In this document: positions 24,197 to 35,384 of the stretch, piece by piece
Layout of the letters: every line of letters begins with the position of its first letter
How positions within the stretch are numbered: the stretch's first letter is position 1
From: the human T2T-CHM13v2.0 reference genome, Homo sapiens
DNA length: 64,000 nucleotides
Assembly: GCF_009914755.1 (NCBI RefSeq)
Contig: NC_060932.1
Direction: 5' to 3' (one strand)
The notes under the pieces: generated by a model
Databases searched by the model: none
What the model was told of the DNA's origin: nothing
Seen by the model: the letters and a program-made list of their open reading frames with translations, nothing else
Position numbers and translations under genes: made by a program

Positions 24197-24585
24197 TGTC
24201 AGGTTCTAACTGAGTTCTGAGGGGAGTCAGTGGGCAAGTGGCAGGTAGCTGGTAAAACACTCGAGGAATTGTAGACAGTTTCGACATGGCTTTACTCTTT
24301 CTGTGGGTGCAACCAAACCTGGGCGCAAGCAAGCCCAGGCAGGAGCTGAGCCCAGGCATGAGCCAAGCCATATGTACAGCATTAGCAGGGTAATTATACC
24401 TTTTATAGACAATAGTGGCTTTGAGCCAAGAATGAGCTCACATGGGTGATCACCTAATGCGTCTCACATGGTGTGGTTACATAATGTGCAGAGTTATGCG
24501 CCTGCACTCCAAACTCACTAAATCACACTGGATCAGATGTCTGCCTCAGCCTATTCTTGACCACGGCACATTCATTTTCCTGGCA
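24197..24585 (-). mobile_element. 5' LTR (LTR18A-like)
   Basis: Direct-repeat partner of 21796-22183. Confidence 0.88.
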
Positions 24586-24680
24586 GCTTCACAATCACAT
24601 ATGCCAATTACTTAAAGTAAATCTCTATGTATACACATATCCTATTGGTTCTGTTTCTCTCGATAACCTTGAGTAATATA

Positions 24681-25070
24681 CCAACTCCCAAGGAATAGGA
24701 CGGAGCCCAAATCAGGGAATCAGTAACACATGCACAACTCAGTTTCAGAATTGTTATGGAACAGTGACTACTGTATGCCCTCCATTTTCCTGTTTGGAAT
24801 GAGACTATCTATAGGTTTCTCGTGCCTGTCCCACTATTGTTTGCTTGGTGGGTGTGTCAGATATAACTTGTCTCTTTAGGTCACAGGTCTTCAGATGGAG
24901 AGGAACCACACTTAAAGACTCACACCTGAAGAGCTTCATCTGCACCTGGACCTGATTTAGTTGACCAGATCCTAGGCTTTGAGTTGGTGCTACAATTTGA
25001 TGAGACTTTGGGATCTCAGGACAGGGAATGAGTGCATTGGTTCATGTGTCAGAATATAAATAATTCATAG
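24681..25070 (+). mobile_element. MaLR internal (MLT1-int) 3' fragment
   Basis: acttgtctctttaggtcacaggtcttcagatggagaggaa...catctgcacctggacctgatttag is typical MLT-int; probably continues from ~21380-21484. Confidence 0.6.
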
Positions 25071-25507
25071 CCAATATGCTAGTTTTGGGTATTTTTTCCC
25101 CAAAGGTCACACTTTCTTATTTGAAAGTTGGGCATCTTGTTCTCCTCATCCAGAATCTAGTCAAGGCTTGTGACTGCTCAGGTCACTAGGATAGGGTGGG
25201 CATAGTACTTTATGCTTTCCAAGACTGGGTAACAAAAGGAAAGTAAATTTCTGTTTAGTTTACTTGGAAAACTCACACGTGAAGCCTTGAACTGCTCTGT
25301 AGCAAATCTGGCCATCCTGAAACCACCATGCTCCACAGAGAGACCACATTCTAATTTGCAGTCCTAGCACTGATGCTATCCTGGCCAGAGCACCAAATGT
25401 GTGAACAAAGAAGCCTTCAGATGATTTCAGCTTTTAGCCTCAGTCAACTTCAGCCATCAAATATTGCCAGGTAAGTTCCCAGATGTGATGGGGCAGAAAT
25501 AAACCAT

Positions 25508-25816
25508 TGACAGTGTTTAGAAAACAGTGATGGTCAAGAAATCTTCCCACCCTTTGTGTGACAGGAAGCAGCTTAGCACAAAGAACCATCCTCCCCTCAT
25601 ATATTCCAAGATAAAACCCTCTCGATCCCACACCATGACTCCCATAAAACTCGTGGATAACTTCTGTGTTTACCTACTTCTATAAAACCCCAGACCTCCC
25701 TTCTTTTCTCTATGATGGTTCTCATTATTAATATTCCCCCATCCTCTTTTTTTTTGGCATTACTCTGAATATGTAAAATCCCATCTTTAATTGCCAGGTG
25801 CATTTTGTCTCTTACA
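25508..25816 (+). mobile_element. Short ERV1 LTR (MER90/MER110-like)
   Basis: TGACAGTGTT...CTTACA termini; 5' end similar to the minus-strand LTR ending at 62555. Confidence 0.5.
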
Positions 25817-25891
25817 GTACCCTCACTGAGCACTTTTCAAATTCCTGGCCCACAAAATATGTGAGCAAAATAAAATGGTTATTGTTTTAAG

Positions 25892-26230
25892 GTTTTTTTA
25901 GGTTTTTTCTTTTCTTTTTTTTTTTTTTTTTTGAGACAAAGTGTCATTCTGTTGCCCAGGCTGCAGTGCAATGGCAGGATCATGACTCACTGCATCCTCA
26001 ACCCCCTCCCCCTCCCCAGGCTCAAGTGATTCTCCCACCTCAAGCTCCCAAATAGCTGGGACTACAGGTATGCACCACCACATGTTGATAATTTTTTTTT
26101 ATTTTTAGTAGAGATGGTTTTCCCTATGTTGCCCAGGTAACATAGGTCTTGAACTCCTGGACTCAAGGCATCCTCCTGCTCTGGCCTCCTGAAGTGCTGG
26201 GATTATAGGCATGAGCCACTGTACCTAGCC
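25892..26230 (-). mobile_element. AluJ
   Basis: Antisense dimer; TSD tgttttaag. Confidence 0.9.
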
Positions 26231-26700
26231 TGTTTTAAGTTTTGAAGTATTCTTTTCTGCAACAAAAATAGGACAGAACTCATAGTCATCTCTCTTTATC
26301 CTTCAAAGTAGAAACTTTCACCATGTTAACTGTGGAAGCCAGTATTCTATTTCTCTTACCACATGTACTTATCGGTGTTTCTAATCTGCAGAATTATGAC
26401 TTGACTTAATCTCATTCAATACATTCAATGGAAATATTTTGTTTATCACATTTTAAATAACCCTGTTTGATTTGTTCTCTTCAGCAGACACATCAATTAT
26501 CTATATGTTAGACCCTTATTCTTTCTCTTCAATGTATATCATCAGGATTTCATTTTTATCTCTTTCCTCAATTCTGAAATATTTTCAAGTTTGATCTCCA
26601 TAACACTGATTTAATTTCTGTTATATCCAAATATGATCATTAATACTTTAGTGCTTAACTCTGTGATTATATCTTTAGTCCTTCTAAAATTCTCCTTTTA

Positions 26701-27338
26701 TGGAACACTTGTACATTGCTGGTGGGAATGTAAAGTAGTTCAGCCATTGTGGAAAGCAATTTGTAGATTTCTCAAAGAACATAACACAGAATTACCATCT
26801 GGCCCATGACTCCTATTACTGGGTATATACCCAAAGGAATATAAATGTTTCTACCATAAAAATGCATGCCCATGTAGATTCATCACAGCACTATTTGCAA
26901 TAGCAAAGACATGGAATCAACCTAGGTGCCCATCAACAGTAAACTGGATAAATAAAATGTGGTACAAATACACCATGGAATACTATGCAGCCATACAAAA
27001 GAATGAGATCATGTCCTTTGTAGCAACATGGATGCAGCTGGAGGCCCTTTTCTAAGAGAATTAACACAGGAACAGAAAACCAAATATCACATTCTCATTT
27101 ATAAGTGGAAGCTAAACATTGAGTACACATGGACACAAAGAAGGGAACAGTAGACACCAGGGGCTACTTGAGGGTAAAGGGCAGGAAGAGGGTGAGAATT
27201 GAAAAACTACCTATTAGGTACTATGCTTATTAGCTGGATGACAAAATAATCTGTACACCAAATTGCAATACACAATTTACCTGTATAACAAACTTGAACA
27301 TGTACCCCTGAACATAAAATTAAAGTTTAAAATAAAAT
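26701..27338 (+). mobile_element. L1PA15/16-like 3' fragment inside older L1ME-like sequence
   Basis: ggtgggaatgtaaagtagttcagccattgtggaaagc...catgtacccctgaacataaaattaaag. Confidence 0.88.
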
Positions 27339-28535
27339 AGATACATTTGCCTTTTACTTTTAAAAAATTGTGTGCTTCTCAGCAAGCTTCCATCACATAT
27401 CAAATATTAATTTTCAGTTTTACTATTTTATCTCTAATGTCTAATTATATAGAGCCTGTATTCCTTTGAAATTTTGGAGAGTACAAAGTAATATATACTT
27501 AAATTTGTTTTCTGCAGTGTCTTTTTAAAAAAAACATTTTTTCTATAGTTTGAGTGTTTTGTTTTTCATTTTCTCATGTTAAAGGTGTTTTACTTATTCC
27601 ATATTTTGTTTTGCTTTCTTTACTTCCAGTTTCCTGTCACTAGACAAAAAAATATATCCAGCCCTGGAATAGTAGTCTATCTGGTTGCTGTTAGAATTTT
27701 TTCTTCAAATCTAAGGCTTTGAATTTCAAAGACACTTGAATGCCCTAACTACGCTTCTCATGTTTTGTCATCTTTTATTTAGTGTAAATATACAGCCATG
27801 AGGCTGAAGCATCTAATCTTGATACATTACATTTTACTATGTGGAATGAAGTTTGTTTCTGAATAATCCTGAGATCAATCTTCTTTTTCTTCAACTTATT
27901 TGTTTTGCTTTTTTTTCTCTCATTATCAACAGAAAGAGTAAATAGCTAACTCTAACTCACAGCATATATACACCTTTCTGAGACTTTTCCTACTTATCTC
28001 CTCTTCACTGTCAATTCAGCAAGTGCAAGCCCTATCTAACTCCACTCCCCAGTGCTGGATTCCTGAGAGTTTTTCATACTGTAGTTGCATTAGGAAAGAA
28101 TCTCTAAGCTTGACTTGTGAAGTCCAGACCTCTATCATTCTTTCATAGCTTGACTATTGACCCTACCAGGGAAACTGGTCTTTTTGCACATTTATTTTTA
28201 TGTTTCACAACATAAATGTAGGGCATGCCTAGGGCTTGGTAACACTGAAGTATTGCTCTTCTATTTTATCATTTAGTACTGTGGAAGTTCCTGGCATAAA
28301 ATATGCAAAGTGGTTTGAGAGCCTGTAAAGAGAGGGATAAATTGAAAATTGCTGATTATTAATTATTTTCTTTGAAGGGAAGCCATTTAGGCTTACTCTC
28401 CTGTAGCCTTCTGATTAATGCCCACCTCAGCAGCATTTCTCTGGTGACTTTTTAAAGGTTAAAGTTTAAGCCACATCCCCGAACATCAAACCTTCAGTCA
28501 ATGTAGCCCAAAACTAAGAAGAAAGAAAAAATTCT

Positions 28536-28850
28536 TGGCCGGGCATGGTGGCTCACACCTGTAATCCCAGCACTTTGGGAGGCCGAGGAGGAAGGATCAC
28601 TTAAGCTCAGGAGTTTGAGACCAGCCTGGGCAAGATGGTGAAACCCTGTCTCTACAAAAAGTACAAAACATTAGCTCTGCATGGTGGTGGTGTCTATAGT
28701 CCTAGCTGCTCAGGTGACTGTGGCAGGAGAATCACTTGAGCCCAGGAGGTTGAGGCTGCAGTGAGCCATGTTCCTAGGACTGCACTCCAGCCTAGGCAAC
28801 AAAGTTGAGAGCCTTGTCTAAAAAAAAAAAAAAAAAAAAAGAAAAAAAAA
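28536..28850 (+). mobile_element. Alu (J/S)
   Basis: Full dimer with long A-tail. Confidence 0.92.
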
Positions 28851-29067
28851 TTACTGCATCGCGTGAAGGATAATGTTTACTGGACCCCCAAAAGAAGTTC
28901 ACTTTTACTAGCATCCTCCCATAACGAAAACTGTTTGCAGTTTGAATGTTCTTAAACTGATACTTATGCTACCTACCTAGATGGTAATGAGGGAGGAAAA
29001 ATAAGCAAGGAAACTAAACTCTATAGTTTTTATTTTGGATCTCGAATATGTGTCATGTCATCTTGTG

Positions 29068-29744
29068 CCTTGCTTTTCAAGATGTGGACCATGGACCAGC
29101 AGCATCAGCATTACCTTAAAGCTTGTTAGGAATGCATAATTCTTGCCTCATTCCAGATCTTCTGAATCAGAATCTGCATTTTTTGAGTGGGGGCTGACAA
29201 ATACTTTTTCATGGATTTAAAATTTTTTATTACAAATATGCCAGCGGATCATTCACTGGGGCCACAAGTCTGCAGAGTGTTTTTGCAGCTGGTCCTGTGA
29301 TGACAGAACTTTTCATCTCACCTTTATTGTTCACTATGACCCCTGTATTATCTTCAAGATAAAACAACATGCCATCTTTTCTCCAGTTTGCCTTTTGTTG
29401 CTAAATGACCACCACTGGATCTACCTTCTTTCTGAGCTCTGGTGTGCCTTTCTTGACTGTGGCCATCATCATGTCACCCATACCAGCAGCAGGAAGTCTG
29501 TTCAGCTCACCCTTGATCCCCTTCACAGAGATGACATACAGATTTTTGGCTTCTGTGTTACCAGCACAGTTGATCATGGTTCCTATTGGAAGACCCAGGG
29601 AAATCCGAAATTTCACACCAAGAGAACCCACCACATCCTCACTTTGATGTCTTGAATGCTGGAAAGGAGCAAAAAGCAGAATCTGCATTTTTAACATGAT
29701 CCTCAGGTAACTCCTGTGCACCTTAAAGTCGGAGAGAAATTGCT
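29068..29744. mobile_element. MER5A (hAT-Charlie MITE) split by the RPL23 retrocopy
   Basis: ggaccagcagcatcagcattacc...gaatcagaatctgcatttt / cagaatctgcatttttaacatgatcctcaggtaactcctgtgcac... Confidence 0.8.
29184..29676 (-). pseudogene. RPL23: Processed pseudogene of ribosomal protein L23 (uL14)
   Basis: Translation [70 protein letters not shown] matches RPL23; intronless; ATG changed to ACA, premature stops, frameshift; pyrimidine-rich 5' end; 16-bp TSD cagaatctgcattttt at 29168-29183 and 29677-29692. Pseudogene number not determined. Confidence 0.95.
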
Positions 29745-30389
29745 TTTTGTTTTTTTTTCTTTTTTTTATTATTATTATTATACTTTAAGTTTTAGGGTAC
29801 ATGTGCACAATGTGCAGGTTAGTTACATATGTATACATGTGCCATGCTGGTGTGCACACCAATTAACTCGTCATTTAGCATTAGGTATATCTCCTAATGC
29901 TATCCCTCCCCCCTCCCCCCACCCCACAACAGTCCCCAGAGTGTGATGTTCCCCTTCCTGTGTCCATGTGTTCTCATTGTTCAATTCCCATCTATGAGTG
30001 AGAACATGTGGTGTTTGGTTTTATGTCCTTGCGATAGTTTACTGAGAATGATGATTTCCAATTTCATCCATGTCCCTACAAAGGACATGAACTCATCATT
30101 TTTTATGGCTGCATAGTATTCCATGGTGTATATGTGCCACATTTTCTTAATCCAGTCTATCATTGTTGGACATTTGGGTTGGTTCCAAGTCTTTGCTATT
30201 GTGAATAGTGCCGCAGTAAACATACGTGTGCATGTGTCTTTATAGCAGCATGATTTATAGTACTTTGGGTATATACCCAGTAATGGGATGGCTGGGTCAA
30301 ATGGTATTTCCAGTTCTAGATCCCTGAGGAATCACCACACTGACTTCCATAATGGTTGAACTAGTTTACAGTCCCACCAACCGTGTAAA
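29745..30389 (-). mobile_element. Young L1PA (L1PA3-like) 3' fragment, ~645 bp
   Basis: tactttaagttttagggtacatgtgcacaatgtgcagg...; TSD agagaaattgct at 29733-29744 and 30390-30401; TTTT/AA site. Confidence 0.93.
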
Positions 30390-31904
30390 AGAGAAATTGC
30401 TCTTTTTAATGCCCTTCCTGATGAATTCTAGACAATCCTGAGTTGTCTGAATTATTTGGGCTGCTCTGTCCACATATGTCCATGAGGTGGTCAGGTAGGT
30501 GCACGTGCTCTCGACATCTTTTTATTCTTGCTTTTACTAGGGCTCTGGTTAATTATCTGCTATTGCCAGAAAAACAGTGACTAGCTCCTGAGCCTCGTTG
30601 CCCAGGCTTGCATGAATGGCAAAAATGTACATTTTGGAGAGAAGACCTGATGGGGCCAATAAGAATTTTAACATCCTCTAGGTGCTTTTACTACCAAGTA
30701 GATGGAAGGTTTTTGTTTGTTTGTTTGTTTTTAAATCAACCCAGTAAATGGAGTAGCAGTAAATGGAGCTTTCTGCTGAGTTCTTTTAAAGTAAAATGGC
30801 GTTTCTAACCAGGTTCCCTTGCTGAAGAAATATAATATGGAACTTCGGGTTACGTGAGCAGACAAGGCCGTTTCCCCAAACTCTAACCAGGTTAAAGCAA
30901 GAAAAGTGAATATTTTCTGCACACTTGTCTCAAGGAGGGAGTTGTCAGACGGGTTTTACTGCATAGGTGCAGGATGAAGTACGTGAAACTCCTCCTTGGG
31001 GTCCAATTCCTGATTGGAGATCAGGGCACTTACTGGGCTGTTTTAATAAATGCGTAAAAGGAATCACAAATTTACAAAACAGATTCATCAGAGGCTACTT
31101 TTTACTTACTAAAGAATAACAGCCCTTGGTATGTTTTCCTAATCGCATTTAATAAAAAATTGACTTATATGTTAAAAATCTATTCACCTTCCAATCTAAG
31201 AACGTACCTATTATGTTAGCTGACACATAAAACTACAAATCTTCATGCATTCATTAAAGCATTCCATTATTTTACCCTATAAGACTAAGATTGCTTTAGA
31301 AGCTGTTTTCTTTTTCTCTTTCTCTGACTCTGTTCTGTTTTTTGTTCTCCATTTCCATTCACTCAAGGTCACTGGGTGAAAGTCTGTCCTTCCAGACGGA
31401 TTCCACTCTATTGCTTCTTTATTCTATTGCCTGCTCAAAATTGTCTGCTTGCCACAGAATTGCAAAAGTCAGTGGAATAAAAAGGTTTCCACATTTTGGC
31501 TGACTTTTCACACAGTCATTTGAAAGCAAAAGCTCTATGCTTTCTGTCTGTGGAAGTCCCAGCTTTGTTTTCTGCCCCTGGCTAAACTCCACACTGAGTG
31601 ATTTCAACTGCTAGAGGTTAATTTTCCTGTAATAGCCTCATTGTGATGGAGGGTTTTGGAAATTAGGAAAATTAGATGCACTACTAATTGGCCTGTCTTG
31701 TTTTGGAGCTGCTCCTTGGGTTATAACACAATCAGAGGAGGCTGTAGTAAGGCCGGATCTGATTCCCAAACCAATACTTAGCAAGACAGATACAAGAAAA
31801 AAAAATTGGCCTGAAAAGTATCACATACAGTGTGTGAATTTCTTTCTTTTAATTGGCTGGGAAAAGGTACCAGTGAGATATCTTCCCTTTCTTTGGGACC
31901 CAAA

Positions 31905-31970
31905 GCAGCATTTCAACAATTATTCCTGGGCACCTACTGTGTTCAGTTGTGGGCTGAACCAGCAGTAAAT

Positions 31971-32006
<36 letters not shown>

Positions 32007-32060
32007 TATGCTGCTTCCTAATCTCAAAGTGTTTAGCTTGGTGAGAAGAAAACATTAAAT
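31905..32060 (-). mobile_element. L2 fragment containing an A32 tract (31973-32004)
   Basis: gggcacctactgtgttc...cagcagtaaatgc(A32)gatatg...ctcaaagtgtttagcttggtg. Confidence 0.55.
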
Positions 32061-32262
32061 CATGTAGTCACATAGGGTGGTTCCAAATTTGCTGAAAGAA
32101 CAACTTGGATGTACAAAGAAAATGATCTTGATGTTTTTTTCGGTAACACATGTGATTTTTGTGACAGATACCACTCCACTGGGTAGTAATGGCACTTCAA
32201 CCTGTCAGATAATAATGCCATCTTTTCTTTTGTGTGTGTATGTGTGCGTGTGTCTCAAAGAC

Positions 32263-33546
32263 TTTTTTTTTAATTTTTACTTTTTTATAATTTTAACTTC
32301 TGTTTTGGATTCGGGGGTACATGAACAGGTTGGTTACCTGGGTATATTGTATGATACTGTAGTTTGGTGTATAATTGATCTCATCACCCACGTACTGAGC
32401 ATTGTACCCAATGGTTAGTGTTCTGACCTTTGCCCCCCACCCTCTCTCCACTCTAGTAGTCCCTAGTGTCTATTATTCCCATTGCTATGTCCACAAGTTC
32501 TCAATGTTAAGTTCCCACTTATAAATGAGAAGATGTAGTATTTGGTTTTCTGTTCCTGCATTAATTTCCTTAGGATAATGGCCTCTAGCTGCATTCATGT
32601 TATTGCAAAAAACATGATTTCATTTTTTATGCTTGTGTAGTATTCCATGGTGTATATGTACCACATTTTCTTTATTCAGTCCACCACTGATAGGCACCTA
32701 GGTTGATTCCATTTCTTTGCTATTGTGAATACGGCTGCGATGAACATGGGACTGCATGTGTCTTTTTGGTAGAATGACTTATTTTTCTCTAGGTATACAC
32801 TCAATAATGTAATTATTGGGTCAAATGGTGGTTCTCTTTAAAGTTCTTTGAGAAATCTCCAAACTGCTTTCCACAGTGGCTGAACTAATTCACATTCCCA
32901 CCAGTGTATAAGCATTCCCTTTTTTCCTCAGCCTTGCCAGTATCTGTTGTTTTTTTATTTTTGTTTTATAGGACCTCATGATTCAATAGGAGATTTTTAA
33001 TAATAGCCATTCTGACTGGGGTAAGATGGTATCTCAAGGTGGTTTTGATTTGCATTTCTCTGATGATTGGTGATAGTGAGCATTTTTTCATTTTTGTTAG
33101 CCCTTGTATGTCTTCTTTTGAGAAGTGTCTGCTCCTATCTTTTGCCTATTTTAAATGAGGTTATTTGGTTTTTGGTTGTTCAGTCGTTTAAGCTCCTTAT
33201 AGATTCTGGATATTAGACCTTTGTCAGATGCATGGTTTGCAAGTATTTTCTCCCACTCTGTAAGTTGTCTGTTTTCTCTTTTGATAGTTTCTTTTGCTGT
33301 GCAGAAGCTCGTTAGTTTAATTAGGCCCCACTTGCCAATTTTTGTTTTTGTTGGAATTGCTTTTGAGAGCTCTGTCACAAATTCTTTCCCAATGCTAATG
33401 TCCAGAATGCTGTTTCCTAGGTTTTTCTTCTAGGATTCTTACAGTTTGAGGTCTTACATTTAAATCTTTAATCTATCTTGAGTAAATTTTTGTATATGGT
33501 GAAAGGTAGGGGTCCAGTTTCATTCTTCTGCATATGGGTAGCCAAC
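32263..33546 (-). mobile_element. L1PA16/L1PB-like 3' fragment
   Basis: ORF 33151-33378 is L1 ORF2 C-terminal ([16 protein letters not shown]...[23 protein letters not shown]); L1 3' UTR present. Confidence 0.92.
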
Positions 33547-34609
33547 TATCTCAGTACCAATGGAATCTTTTCTGAAAGGTCTAGGTTTCTATACAAAGTT
33601 TTCCTCCCAAACATAAGAGTATAGTAATAGTTTAATAGTAACTTTGGATGATTGAGTCTCTTCAAGTAATAGTTCAGTCTTTTAGATTTCATTTTTCCCT
33701 TTACTTTGACTGAGCGGTATCTGGATGTGAGAAGGGGGCTCTGCATTTTTATGGAAGTTGAGGAGAGTAATAATTGACCTTGGATATACCTGGATTTATC
33801 TAGGTCATCCCTAGATCCCTATGAGGAGTTACCAGTTGTTTTGCTTTCTGGTCTAGTCCCAGTGAGGGGTGAATGGTTGTATCTGCCCTTTGAAGTAAGC
33901 TGGTGTTATTAACATTGGCTTCATTTTTGAGGTCTCAGCAAAGAGCTGTTTCTTTTCCTAAACAAGGCCTTCTCCATTTGCCATTGCTCTCAACCTCTCT
34001 TCATCTCCTCTAGAACATGTAGGGCTTTATGCATCACAAGTTTGCCACGCCCAGTCTGCAGGGAGCCTAGGACATAATTTCAATCCCAGCTAGTTATCCC
34101 AGCTTCACTACTCACCCTCCCATACCATCATTCTCATATTATAGGGAATACAGCCCTAAAGTAAAGGCTTTTATTTTACTAAGGCCATAGAAAACCCCAA
34201 GATATGGCCGGGGAAATAAGTCAGTAGCTTTGATTTTCCTATACTTTATAGATATTGTTAAAGTTGCCATTGTTGAGTTTAGACAAGAACAATATCATTA
34301 ATGTCTGATTTCTCACTCTTACTTTTTTTGTCTCTCGTCTTCATTCCTCTGGTTGAAAAGGAAGGACTCAGAATTTGAACCTTCACTAAATCATATATTT
34401 CTTCTATCTTGGGTATGTTTGCCCAAGTCATTGTTGGCAAAAGGAATCTCTTCTCTGTTCAATGTAAAACACCTTGTAATTGGATCCTTTAGGTTTGATT
34501 TGTGGTCTGCTAAGCGGGAATTTATCTATTAACATGAACTAAATTTTTTACTTTTACCTTGTTGCAAAATCCAACTTGGATATCAGAAGCTTAATGTAAA
34601 CTCCACCTC

Positions 34610-34852
34610 TGTATGTAGGAGCAGTTTAAGAGCACAAGCTCTGAAACGAGACCACTGAATTTGGATCTCCACTCTCACTTACTAGATTTGTAATCTTGGG
34701 TAAGCTCTCTATGCCTCAGTTTATCTATAAAATAGTAATAATGCCATCTACATGAAAGAGTTCTTCTACAGATTTTATGACTGTGCACATGTAAAGTGCT
34801 CAGAACAGTGACTGGAACATAATAAGCACTATAAAGATGGTGGCTATTATTC
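34610..34852. mobile_element. MIR
   Basis: aagagcacaagctctg...atgcctcagttt...atgtaaagtgctcagaacagtgactggaacataataagcact. Confidence 0.75.
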
Positions 34853-34910
34853 TGTGAATTTCTTCTTGAACAATCCTAATGGATACTTCTGGAAAGAAAG
34901 AAGAGAGTAG

Positions 34911-35384
<474 letters not shown>

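Larger units (their letters stand above)
21796..24585 (-). mobile_element. HERV-S/HERVL18 provirus, internally deleted (~2.8 kb)
   Basis: Two ~388-bp direct-repeat LTRs, tRNA-Ser PBS, PPT, gag-like, RT and RNase H remnants; degenerate 5-bp TSD actcc/gcttc. Confidence 0.88.
21485..24680 (+). mobile_element. MLT2 (ERVL) LTR split by the HERV-S provirus (pieces 21485-21795 and 24586-24680)
   Basis: MLT2 start gtgatggttaactttatatatcaactggctag; MLT2 end cctattggttctgtttctctcgataaccttgagtaatata; sequence resumes colinearly after the provirus. Confidence 0.8.
25075..26280 (+). mobile_element. MLT1 (G/H-like) LTR interrupted by an ERV1 LTR and an AluJ
   Basis: gaagccttcagatgatttcagc...aattcctggcccacaaaa...aataaaatggttattgttttaag, resuming at 26231. 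Confidence 0.6.

Noticed and set aside
29401-29721. 106-aa ORF with RPL23 similarity as a functional gene
   Set aside because: Non-ATG start in MER5A-derived sequence; native ATG lost, frameshift, premature stop and TSDs show a processed pseudogene
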